The notes under the pieces were generated by a model that was given only the letters and a program-made list of their open reading frames with translations, ran no database searches and had not been told where the DNA came from. A stretch of 60,474 nucleotides of DNA, the filler included, from Fonticula-like sp. SCN 57-25 (taxonomy: Eukaryota), in assembly GCA_001724245.1 (NCBI GenBank). It is 5 parts of 5 records of this genome, joined end to end, with 100 filler letters (N's around TTAATTAATTAA, not from the genome) between each part and the next. Parts side by side here need not be neighbours in the genome. Positions count along the whole stretch, not along the records: positions 24,930 to 36,775 come from MEDX01000192.1; positions 36,876 to 48,672 come from MEDX01000193.1; 3 more parts are not named here. One strand, given 5' to 3'. The translations under genes were made by a program, and so were the position numbers. Shown here in pieces: positions 33,546-44,206 of this stretch (the first letter of the stretch is position 1; each line of letters begins with the position of its first letter).

Positions 33546-34556
33546 ATGTCTCGCATGCTTGCGGTGATCGCCCTTTTGGGGATCGCTTTCTACGCGCACG
33601 GCCAGCGGCTTTCGTCGTACAACGTTGATGCGTCGTCCATCTCCGTATCGGGCTTCCAGTCGGGCGCGTCACTTGCGACGGCCCTTCACGTGTCGCATTC
33701 TTCTCTCTTTGGCGGCGTCGGCCTCGTTGCCGGCTCGCCGTACTACTGCGCCCAGGGTGAGCACGGCAAGATGCTGACGTCGTGCTCGTTCCTGCCCGAG
33801 ACCTTTTCGCTCCGCACGGCGATCAAAAAGGCCGAGTTTAACGCCGAGTACGGCCTCGTCGACCCGCTGCTTAACTTGACGGACTCGCGCGTGTACATTT
33901 ACGCGGGCCGCTTTGACCCGATCATCTCGCCCCAGAACGGCCACAACGTGGAAGACTTTTACAACGTTTTCGTGCGCGATCGCTCGCTGATCAAGACCGT
34001 GTACCACGAGGCCTCCTCGCACGCCTTTATCACGGACAGTTACGGCAACCACTGCCTCAAGCTGGCGCCGCCGTTCATCAACAACTGCGGCTACGACCAG
34101 GCCGGCGACATTCTGCGCCACACGACCGGCCTTAAGCTGCGCGAGCGCGGCTACCCGTCGCCGCTCAACATCTACACCTTTAACCAGAGCGAGTTTGGCG
34201 CAGAGTCGCTCGCCGACAAGGGCTTCATGTACGTGCCAAAGAGCTGCCAGCGCGGTAGCTCGTGCGCCGTGCACGTCGCGCTCCACGGGTGCCTCATGAG
34301 CTACTCGTCGCCGCTCGCCAGGAAGCAGTTTGTCGAGCACTCGGGCTACAACGCTTGGGCAGAGTCCAACGACATTATTATCCTCTACCCGCAGGCCAGC
34401 AGCACGCGCATCGTTGGCGGAAACATCTTTGGATGCTGGGACTTTTACGGGTACACAAACCCGGTCGGCGACGACGGCGCGTACGTCACAAAGGAGGGCG
34501 AGCAGATCAAGGCCATTTACGAAATGGTCCAGCGACTCATCAGTGACGATCAATAA
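33546..34556 (+). CDS. Secreted PHB-depolymerase-like alpha/beta hydrolase, nucleophile Ser replaced by Gln
   Basis: Signal peptide; ISVSGFQSGA, AGSPYYCA, PFINNCGYD, HVALHGC, GYNAWAESNDIIILYPQ, GCWDFYGY. Confidence 0.85.
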   Translation: MSRMLAVIALLGIAFYAHGQRLSSYNVDASSISVSGFQSGASLATALHVSHSSLFGGVGLVAGSPYYCAQGEHGKMLTSCSFLPETFSLRTAIKKAEFNAEYGLVDPLLNLTDSRVYIYAGRFDPIISPQNGHNVEDFYNVFVRDRSLIKTVYHEASSHAFITDSYGNHCLKLAPPFINNCGYDQAGDILRHTTGLKLRERGYPSPLNIYTFNQSEFGAESLADKGFMYVPKSCQRGSSCAVHVALHGCLMSYSSPLARKQFVEHSGYNAWAESNDIIILYPQASSTRIVGGNIFGCWDFYGYTNPVGDDGAYVTKEGEQIKAIYEMVQRLISDDQ

Positions 34557-34699
34557 TCATATTACCTTTTATTGTGGCTTTCAATATATCTTGATACAAA
34601 ACAAAACGACCTTGTCTACGTCTCAATAGATTCTTGGAATTATCAAAAAGGGACTACAATACGCAAATCGTTTATTAATACATTACAAAAAGGTTATTT

Positions 34700-36193
34700 T
34701 CATGTGGAACTTGACGAGCCAGCGGCCTCGGGCGCCGTCGTAATAGCAGTCGCGTCCGATGAGGCCGTTTCTGGCAAGCCACCCCCCACCAGAGTCTCGC
34801 CCTTTACAAATCCGCCCTGAGCTGGCGGCGGCGTCGCATCGTTCGTCTTCCCCTTTGACCGAGATGATTTGTGGCTGCGAGATGACGGCGAGCGGGACCG
34901 GCGTCGGCTGTGCGAAGCCGGCGAGCGCGATCGCCCGCGTTCGCGATGAAAGTGGTCGCGGCTGCGCGACGGCGGCGAGCCAACGTCGTGCGACGACGAC
35001 GAAAGAAACTTGCTCGTCACGTTCTCATTGTCGGCGCCAAGGCCGCGGCTTCCCTTTTGCTTGCTCGCTTTAATCGGCTCTGCAATGCCTTGCCCGTGCG
35101 CGCCCAGCCCCTGGCCTTCCTTGTATCCGAGCTGCTGCAACATTTTGCTGCCCTTTCCAAAGTCGACCGCCGGCGCGCTGTCATTGCGAGGGGCATAGGC
35201 CGGCGCGCCGTCGATCCACTGGCGGCCGCGGATGCCGCGCCTGCGCTCGTCGGGGTCCGAGTTTTCATTCGCAAGGGTGCGCCCGCGCGCGGCGCACTCG
35301 CGCGAGGCCTGCTGCGTAAGGGCGGCAATGTCGTCGTCGGTGGCAGAGTCGCCCGTCATTTCGAGATAGGCGCGCCAGACGCGAACCTCTGCATTGCAGT
35401 CATAGCAGTAATCGAGCCCGTCGACGAGCGGCACAGTGTGAGGGTACAGCGCTACGCGCGTCACCGTGTTGAAGAAGAAAAGCTGCTCCTCATAGAGGCG
35501 GTTGTCATACTCAACGTCGGGCGCGTCGCCCTCCACAATGAGGCGCGACTCTGTGGTCGTAATGGGGCCCCAAATTGGAAGACGAATTTCGCCCTTTGCG
35601 TACATGGTACGCCCGCCGGACCACGGAAGGCGGAACTTGAGCATGCTGCAGACGGGCTTCATGATGCGCATCCACCGCACCTGCGCGTCCTGATCGTCGC
35701 GGACGCGCCGATCCGTCTCGTCCTCTTCAACAAGCTGCCAGTCAGCGGAGCGAATGTCGCTCACAAAGAGCACGTTTTTGCCTTCAAATTCGCGCGCAAC
35801 GTCGTCAGAGAAGAACTCTTGGCGACACAAGATGTTTTCGCTCTCGCGGACCGTGAACGGTGCGGGATCAACGAGCACAAACTTGTGGCTGGGAAAAAGC
35901 TCGGCCAGCATCTTGATATGGGTACCGGGCGCCGCTCCTGCATAGACAACGATATCAGAGCGACTTCCATAGAGGGTTAAAAATTCCACTTCAGAGAGCA
36001 ACAGCTTGCGCTGGCCCCAATGAATCACGCTCTTGACCTCGCCAGTTCGCCGACGGTACTTTGCGATCTGCGAATCGGGCCCCAGTACGCGCGAAAAGGG
36101 GAGATCCGTGCGGCAGCTATAGCCAGCTTCAGTGTTGGTCAGAGCTTGGCGCACATGCGGGCTGCAGCGAGGATCCCGCCACTCGGCTGCCAT
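34700..36193 (-). CDS. Poxvirus VP39-type cap 2'-O-methyltransferase with C-terminal G-patch and RS-rich tail
   Basis: HWGQRKLLLSEVEFL, VVYAGAAPGTHI, FVSDIRS, KFRLPW, ESRL; G-patch GSKMLQQLGYKEGQGLG..GQGI.EPI. Confidence 0.85.
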   Translation of the reverse strand: MAAEWRDPRCSPHVRQALTNTEAGYSCRTDLPFSRVLGPDSQIAKYRRRTGEVKSVIHWGQRKLLLSEVEFLTLYGSRSDIVVYAGAAPGTHIKMLAELFPSHKFVLVDPAPFTVRESENILCRQEFFSDDVAREFEGKNVLFVSDIRSADWQLVEEDETDRRVRDDQDAQVRWMRIMKPVCSMLKFRLPWSGGRTMYAKGEIRLPIWGPITTTESRLIVEGDAPDVEYDNRLYEEQLFFFNTVTRVALYPHTVPLVDGLDYCYDCNAEVRVWRAYLEMTGDSATDDDIAALTQQASRECAARGRTLANENSDPDERRRGIRGRQWIDGAPAYAPRNDSAPAVDFGKGSKMLQQLGYKEGQGLGAHGQGIAEPIKASKQKGSRGLGADNENVTSKFLSSSSHDVGSPPSRSRDHFHRERGRSRSPASHSRRRSRSPSSRSHKSSRSKGKTNDATPPPAQGGFVKGETLVGGGLPETASSDATAITTAPEAAGSSSST

Positions 36194-36495
36194 GGCAGGG
36201 CGCGAACTGAATAGTGACACAGCGCCGCTATGGTGACACAACATGGCCCAATATGGCACATCACGAAAATGGCGCGAAATGGCGCGAAATCAATCACGCA
36301 CAGAAAAGCGGCTGGGAATAGAAAGGGGAATAAGTCCTTGTTTTTAATGCACGTTCTCTCTTCCATTCTATTCAAATTACTTGTATACAGTACAATTATT
36401 TACACAAAAAGTAGCTTATCGTTTGCATACTGTACAAAGGACGAATACATCCGAAATATGTCAAAACATTATTCGCGGCGCGCGCCGCACCACTT

Positions 36496-36775
36496 TTATA
36501 CTAGATTAGGGATGCCCAGGTGCAGCCGACAGTATCCCAGTAGCTCGCTGACAGGGCCGGGAACGAGCGTGCTGGTATCTTCGATGAACTTTTTGTGGCC
36601 ATCATAGCGAGACTTGTTGTCGGTCATCTCGTAAAAGATGCTGCCGGCCGACTTCATGACGTAGCGGTACAGCGGGAGCGGCACGATCTCAATCTTGAGG
36701 CCAGCGAGCGATGCGCGATAAAAGAGATTCCAATCGACGTACGGGGAGCGACTCCGGTCGCCAGTGTTGTGACCG
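36496..36775 (-). CDS. C-terminal fragment of a GT2-like glycosyltransferase
   Basis: YVDWNLFYRASLAGLKIEIVPLPLYRY; 5' part cut by spacer. Confidence 0.5.
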
Positions 36776-37309
36776 NNNNNNNNNNNNNNNNNNNNNNNNN
36801 NNNNNNNNNNNNNNNNNNNTTAATTAATTAANNNNNNNNNNNNNNNNNNNNNNNNNNNNNNNNNNNNNNNNNNNNGGGGGATGAAAAGGACGGCGACATG
36901 GCCATTTACTGAGCTCCCCCGATCGATGACTCTGGTAGGTCGATTGGGTCACTAGAGGGAGTTGTCGTTTATTTGGCCATGTGGTCTACCTTTCTGAATT
37001 TCCGCTTTTGCACATACTATGTCTTTTCTTTGTGTACAATAATAATACTATCGAGCACTGCCTTTCACACGTCATCCGAAAATATGTATTCATGAATAGC
37101 GAGAAAAGAGAGCAAGCGGTTTATCAATAGTCGACACACTGTTAGAAATGCTCCAATGAGCACAGATCGAGCGAATACAACGTCCATAAAGAGGTAATTA
37201 ATGGAAAGCGGCATACGATACACGACTTGATATATAAAAAGCAATCAAAGCACTATAAATGCGACAAGGAGGCGCGTCCCTCCCGCCGATCAAAACCGTC
37301 CGCCTCTCC

Positions 37310-40300
37310 TCACCGCCTCACTGAGCGGTACTTTGGGTCGTGCGGGTTCTTGTTGACCATCGGCGCCGCCGGGAGGTCGTCGTCGAGGTAGACGCGTTTC
37401 ATCCCCCCGCTGACCTTTGCGCGCAGCTCCTGCAGCTCTGCGTCGCCCGCGAGGTTGGTCGAGTTCTTTTCGAGGTTGACCTTTTTCAGCGTCTTGTTCT
37501 TTCCGAGCGCCTCGAGGATCGCCTGCGCGCCAGAGTTGCCGATGCCGTTGTCGCGGAGGCTGACCGTCTGCAGCGAGCGGTTCTGCGAGAGCGCCTCGGC
37601 GACGACCCGCGCGCCGGCGTCCTGAAGGTTCCAGGCGTCCAGGTTGAGCCAGATGAGCGTCGAGTTCAGGTTGGAGGCAAAGACCTTCATCGCGTGGGCG
37701 GCGCCGTCAGAGCCGACCTTGACGACGGCGCAATTGAAGCGAAGAAGAGTCTTGTTGTGCTGAAGGCTGTCAAACAGGCGGCGGACATCCGCGGACTGAG
37801 CAAAAGTAAGTAAAGGGACAATAAATATACAGGAAATATACAGCAAATTAAATAATAAAAATCTCATGATCAATCATCAATGACACGCATGATCATACTC
37901 GCCATAATACTTTAAACACCCCTATAAAAAGAGAAAAGAAACGTACGTTCATGATGCTCGAGCTGATGTCGAGGTTCTGAATGGACGTGTTTGTGCGCAG
38001 AATATCACCGAGGAACGCATATCCATCCTACACCCTCATTAGCCACATTCACCATTAAAGAGTTCACGTACAGATCCGCAGTCGAGCGACTTTAGCGAGA
38101 GCGTCTGGAGCGACGAATTGTTCCTGAGCGCCGACTGGAGCACCGACAGCGACGTCTTGTCGACGCCATTCCCGCCAATGGAGAGCGACGTGAGCGTTGC
38201 GTTGGTCGTCAGCGCCGAGAAAATCATATTGACCGACTTTGTCTTTAGCTGCGTGGCGTGCATGTCGAGGACGCGGTAGACGCCCGCGGCGCCCGAGCGC
38301 TGCAGCGTCTCGCAGAGGAGCTCGACGACCTCGGACGAGAGCGGCACGTGCGCCATCTCGATGCGGTGCGGCTTGCCCTTCTTGGCGGCGACCTCGAGAA
38401 TCTGCTTGATCGTCTTGGCCTTGACCTTTGTGTGGTTCAGGTTGATCGACGTCATGAAGCGGCCGCTCTTGAGGCCGAGCGCGAGCTGCTTGCCGCCTTC
38501 GTCAGTGAGGCCGTTCATGGACACATTGACGGCCTCGAGCGAGCTGTGCGTTCCCATCGTGAGGCCGAGGGCGATGCAGAAGCTGTCGTGGATGCCAGTA
38601 TTGGAAAGGTTGACCGACTTGATCATGCCATTGTGCTGGAAGGGAAAAGGAAAGGTAGGGAAATGTAAGCAACAAAATTATAAAAGTGTGCAAAAACAAC
38701 CAAAAATATGGCTAAAATGAGGGCACACAGCAACAAACCCAAACAAAATCCAACAAAAGCCAAACAAAATCCAATAGGGACGCACGCGAATGCCGCGGTT
38801 GCAGAGGTCCACCGACGCCTTGTGCGACAGCGGGACGTTGCTCACATCGAGATGCGCAAGGTTGGCCGCGGTCGCCACAACAGTCACCAGCGCAGCGGTG
38901 TGGTCCGACGTCCACGTGGGGTTGTTGGACACGTCCAGGAGCTTGACAGGGAACGACTGAAGCGAAAAGAGCTGATGCCTACAAAATAGTTGTCAGCAAA
39001 CTGTTGTGCGCATAAAGACAAGGGCGTACAAGGACTCGATACTGGCGGCGGAGAGGCGCGGGTTGCCGCTGATGATGAACTCGCGGCACACAAAGTTGTG
39101 AACATATGTGTATCCCGGCGTCGGACTACAAGCGAGCATCAGCATCATTGGCATTCAATGGGCATGTTTTATAGTTATAATGAGATTAGCACGTACGTGA
39201 ATGAGAATGTCGCGATGAGCGCGTTGCGAACGGCCTTGAATTGGTCATCGTCAAAGTTGAGTCCCTCGAGGCTGAACGTGTCGCAGTTATTTCCGTTATC
39301 GAGCTCGCGATCGACGCGGTCGACGACGAGGCTGACGAGCTTGTTGAGGTTATTGGATTCGCTAATGTACACTTCCTTGAAAAGCTCGAGCTGCGACGGA
39401 AAGTTGGTGAGCATGACGCGCCTGAGCGGCTGCATAAACTCGTCGACCGGCGGCAGGTAAGGGATATCTGCAGGCGCGCTCGCGTCGAAAAAGAGCTTGT
39501 ACATTTGCAAGTAATCGCGCGCCGTCTGCAGCGCAATGATCGCAGACGTCTCGTACATGGAGAATGAAAAGGTTTCGGGCACAGAGCGGCCGTCGGCGGC
39601 GCGGCCGTACACGAACTGGAGCCCCGTGCTCGTCTGCGCGATGGACGAGATGCGGTCAAAGGAATAGTACGACCAGTCGCCGCACGACGCCTCGTGCTTC
39701 TTGCGGCACAGCAGCAGGCCGTCCTCGGCCACGCCAAACACAGCGTCCGCGCCAGACGTGATTTCATACATGTGCACGCCGTACGCGGGCGACTTTTTGG
39801 CAAAGCGAAGGTACTCGAGCTGCGCCTGCACCGTCGAAAAGCCAGTGTAGTGCGAGTGCTGGATGAACAGGCGGCGCTCCCAGTACTGCGGCGAGAAGCG
39901 CGTCGCATAGTACGCGGGGAGGAAGCGCTGAAGCTCGCGCGAGTCCTTGAAGAAGCCGGTCGTGTGCAGCTTGGGGTCGCGGTCGCCGTAAAGTACCTGG
40001 AGGTTCAGCGCAGCAAGGCGGACCGCAAGGTAGTCGCTCACGGGGTACTGGCCGCTCAGGATCGACGGCTGAACCTGGATCCACATAAGGTTGACAAAGC
40101 CGGGGTCGTCGAGCGACTTGGGCGTCTTGAAGTAGCGGACCTTGAGAACAAGGGAGCCGCCAAGGTCCTGCTGGTTCACCTGCAGACTTCCCTCCACCCA
40201 GCGGTCTGAAAACATGCAAGTTAGACACGGAAAAAGTGGGTAGGTGAGGGGAAGAAAGACAAAGCGTGGACAAAACGACAAAAGGGTCGACAAAGGAGGA

Positions 40301-42138
40301 CAGTTAACGAACCTGCTTGGCCGCTGCGGCCGGGGATGGCAAGCCCGAGCATTTCCGTGCCCGCGCCCGCAATCTTGAGCTTTGAGAGCACGACCTGCAA
40401 CAGTTCCTAAACACACCGACAGCGCGTTAGCCAACGGCTTACTAAAAATAAACGCAATTCGCACCGATCCGAGCATGTCCACGGCCACCTCGATGCGCTT
40501 CTGCGTCGAGTTGTCTATTGTCGAAATCTCCATGAGTGTCTTTGGGCTGCTCGCGTACGTCGCGACGATGTCTGCTGCCGCCTGCCTGTTGAGTGTTGCC
40601 CTCTGCGGCGACTGCGCAGCTGCAGCGGCGGCGGCGCCGCCCATTGGCGAAAAGCCCCCGGGACGGCCCAGCTGCTGGCCGGGGCGCTGGTGGTGGACCG
40701 ACGAGATGCGCGCGTACACGCCCTCGAGACCCGCGGGCATCTGCGAGGCGCCGCCGCTACCGCCGATGGACGCGACGGAAGCCGCGCGGGCCATCGGCGC
40801 GTGCTGCGGCTGCGCAGCGTACTGATCGCCTGCCGTGCTCCCGATGGGCACAATGTAGTCGCTGAAAGGCAGAGTTAGAGACCAGCAGTGGCGGGTCGAG
40901 ATGCGTACTTGCGGGGGAGCGGGTTGGAGATGTTCCAGGCCGACGCCGGGAAGGGCGGCAATAAGGAGAGCGGCGTGTACTCAAAGTCCTGCGCGGGCAT
41001 GCCGATGGGGCGCGGCGCAGTGCCGAGGCCAAAGTCGCTGCCGACGTTGCCAAAGATGATGCCGCCGTTGGCCGACGGGCTGCGGCTAAATGACGCAGAG
41101 GACGCGGTGCGCGTCGGCGGCGTGTGCTGTTGCGGGCTCGAGGCGTTGAGCGCGGGCATGCTCGACGTGGACGCCTGGCGGACGCCCATCGACGCCATCG
41201 AATTGGCAAACTGGCCGGGCGGCTGGAAATACTGCTGCTGTTGCATTTGCTGCTGCTGTTGCTGTTGTTGTTGCATGTACTGCTGCTGAGAAAATTGCTG
41301 CGGGGGGAACTGCGTCTGGGGGGAAAACTGCGTCTGGGGCGCATATTGTGTCTGGGACGCAAACTGTGTCTGCGGGGCATACTGCGCCTGGGGAGGAAAT
41401 TGCGTCGGTGGGGCATACTGCGGCGGCGGCTGCATCGGCTCAACTCCCTGGAGCAAAGTATCGCCGGCGTATGCAAATGATCCCGACGACGAGCCGGCAA
41501 ACTGCGTCATGAGCGGCGGCTGCGGGAACCGCGACATCGGGGTGCCCGTGTACTGAGGCGAGCCAGCGTACTGCCCGGGCGACGACAGCTGAGTCGTGCT
41601 GCTAAACGAGGTGGATGAAAGAAGCGGCGACGGTACACTTGTAGCCTGCTGAACCGGGGAGGGGACGGGGATCGGCGCCGGGATATTGATCGGCGCCGGG
41701 AGAGATGCCTTGTTGGCCGCCATTCTAAGCGCCGCGTCGGAAGGGGCAGACGAGAGCCGGGGAAGCGGCATGCTTGCACTACCGACCGTGCCGGACGGCT
41801 CTGCGCTCATCGTCTTTTGCATAGTCGCGCGGTCAACGGGCCGCGATGCTGGAAGGGCAGGCGGGGGCACAGCAGGCAAAACAGGGCTCGTCCTTGGGAT
41901 GGACGGCACAATCGACGGCGGCACTGGCGCCGACGCCTGCGGGGCGGGAAGGGAAGGCTCCGGCTGGGCTGGCCTACGCTGTGGTGACTCTTTGAGGTCC
42001 GGGCTGTTCAGCGTCTATGGTCCAGAGAGTGAGATTTCTATGCCGCGTAAACAGAGTAAGACGCACCCGCTCGATGCCGTTTGACAGCTCCTGCAGATCC
42101 GCCATAAGATCATCGAGCTCGCTAAGCCCGGACGACAT
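37310..42138 (-). CDS. LD-motif / Pro-Gln-rich / FERM / RNI-like LRR protein, multi-exon
   Basis: N-terminal ELDDLMADL; FERM (LKVRYF, ILSGQYPV..LAALNLQVLYGD, AYGVHMY); many LRRs (LQTVSLRDNGIGNSGA). Confidence 0.8.
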
Positions 42139-42465
42139 GGCTGGAGATGAAGCGGGCTGATCCCGGCGTTACGGCTACTGGATTGTACACTCTTTGTGTC
42201 GCTTTGCCGCGCCGAGATCGGTTAAGGTCGCCGCGTCAAACGCAGAGCCAAAAAAAGAACTCCCACGAAGCGAGATGATACTGCAAACTGATTTGCATGT
42301 GGGGTTTGTTGTACTATCCCGCACAGTAATCGGGGGATGTTTTGTCGACTACCCGAAGACAATCGAGCCGTCAGTGAGCGTGGAGTGCTCAGGGCCGCCG
42401 CCATGGGGGATGTTCGCCGACGCAGCGCTTCGTTTTACGAGGCTCTGCCGGGCGCACTACACTCT

Positions 42466-43943
42466 ATGATGACGTATCTTGTTCCTTTCTTGACCACATT
42501 ACTTTTGGCAAGTCTGCTCGCCGTGCGCTTTGACCCAACCCCCGCACCGCCCTGCCGCCGGGGCGCGTCGCCGGACGACGTGCACACGATATGTGGCTTT
42601 CCCGAGTGGAATCCGCGGAATCTAGGTGCGTTATGCGCTCTGTATGAAGGCCTATTGCCTTTTTCCTTGTGTGTCTGTCGCGCGAGGTCACTGACCGCGC
42701 TGCTTCTTTTGCAGTGTACATCCCCACCTGGAATGTGGTTGTGGTCATGAGCGCCGGCCGCCAGACCTTTACGACGGCGACGACACACGATCCATCGTTC
42801 ACGCTCTCGATGATTGACGTCGCAGAGGTCCAGCGTGGCGGTGCTGCGCTGGTGAAGCAGCTTTGGCCGACCGGGCTCGCGTCGGACGTTCGCCCGTCCT
42901 CGTCCGCGGGCTCGGCCGCCTGCTCCGGACCGCCCGTCGACCTGACCGCCGACGCTTCTTCCCCCTACATAGTTCAAGGTACACCAGCATATCCACGTGG
43001 ATGCCTGTATTGACCCTTGCGGTGCCCAGCCATGTCTGCCGTGCAGCTCTCGCCTACCACGTGGCAGCTTGCGCTTGTTTCTGTTTCCCGCAATGTCGTT
43101 GACCTCTTTGAGATGTCGCCGGGCCCCGTTGTATCATGGGTCGGCTGCGTTCCACTTCCGTCGGGCGGCCTGCTGCGCGGCATGTCGCCGAGCGGTATCG
43201 CGCTTCCCATCAAGGACGCGATCTTGATCAGCCGCGGGCCGACGATCGGCACCGGGTGGGGCGGCCTGCGCCCGCTCTTCATCCGCCTCATGAACCTCAT
43301 GAGGTACCCCATGGGCGACGTGCTCCTCTGGACGCGCGAGGCGAACTGGACGCACGTGTCGCATAGCCTTGGTTCGTTCCCGTCCGACGTGGTCGTCCAC
43401 CGCAACCACATCATCTTCTCCGACAATGGTACGCATCAAATGATGGCGGGTCGACCTGAATGAGGCTAATCGCTCGTGGCCGGTCGCAGCTAGGGAACGC
43501 GTGTGCTGGCTGCCCCTGCACCCGGGGCGCGCTGGGACGCATTCGGCCAAGACGTGCCTGGCGGTGCCCGGCACGCCAGAGGGGCTCGCGGTATCGCTAA
43601 AGATGTGCGCAAGGACAATCGGCCTGCGTGATGCTGACATGGTGTTTAGGGACGCCGTGCTGGTGGTCACCACGAACGAGTACTGGGGTCTGTGGTGGTG
43701 CCTGGTGTCGGGGGCGCGGTCGTGCGCGTCGTCTTGGGCCGTGCATAGGCTAAAGTTCTCCACCGGCGAGGGTGCGCTTGTTTCCCGCCAAATGGGGTAG
43801 GTACTGATACGGATTTGATAGTGACAACCCTGCTTTCCTTTAACGAGACCGTGCCGGGAGGCGTCACGTCGGTCGCGGACAGCGGGAGCATGCTCTTTTT
43901 TGGAAGCCCGGCTTCGGACCGCGTCGGCTTTTGGTACAAGTAG
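42466..43943 (+). CDS. Secreted protein, possibly a six-bladed beta-propeller (arylesterase/SMP-30-like), multi-exon
   Basis: Hydrophobic N-terminus, GT-AG introns, PSGIA / FPSDVVV / TPEGLAV repeats. Confidence 0.4.
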
Positions 43944-44206
43944 CCGGACCGGTTGTATTTGTGCATCGTGTATATTACCAAACTGTACTTTTTATTGATG
44001 AATTATACCTATCTGAGAATAAATGGACGCATTCACCTCTTTTGGCGCAGTCTGGTCACAGTACACTGGAATTCTGCTGTTTGGAGCTCGCGGTCCCTCG
44101 CGCTCATTTGGCGGGCATTTCAATGCAAACTGTAAACTGATTTGCAATCTGTCATTGACACTTCTACCCCTCCCTGTCCCCCTGCGGGACATCACAGAGG
44201 GCGCCA

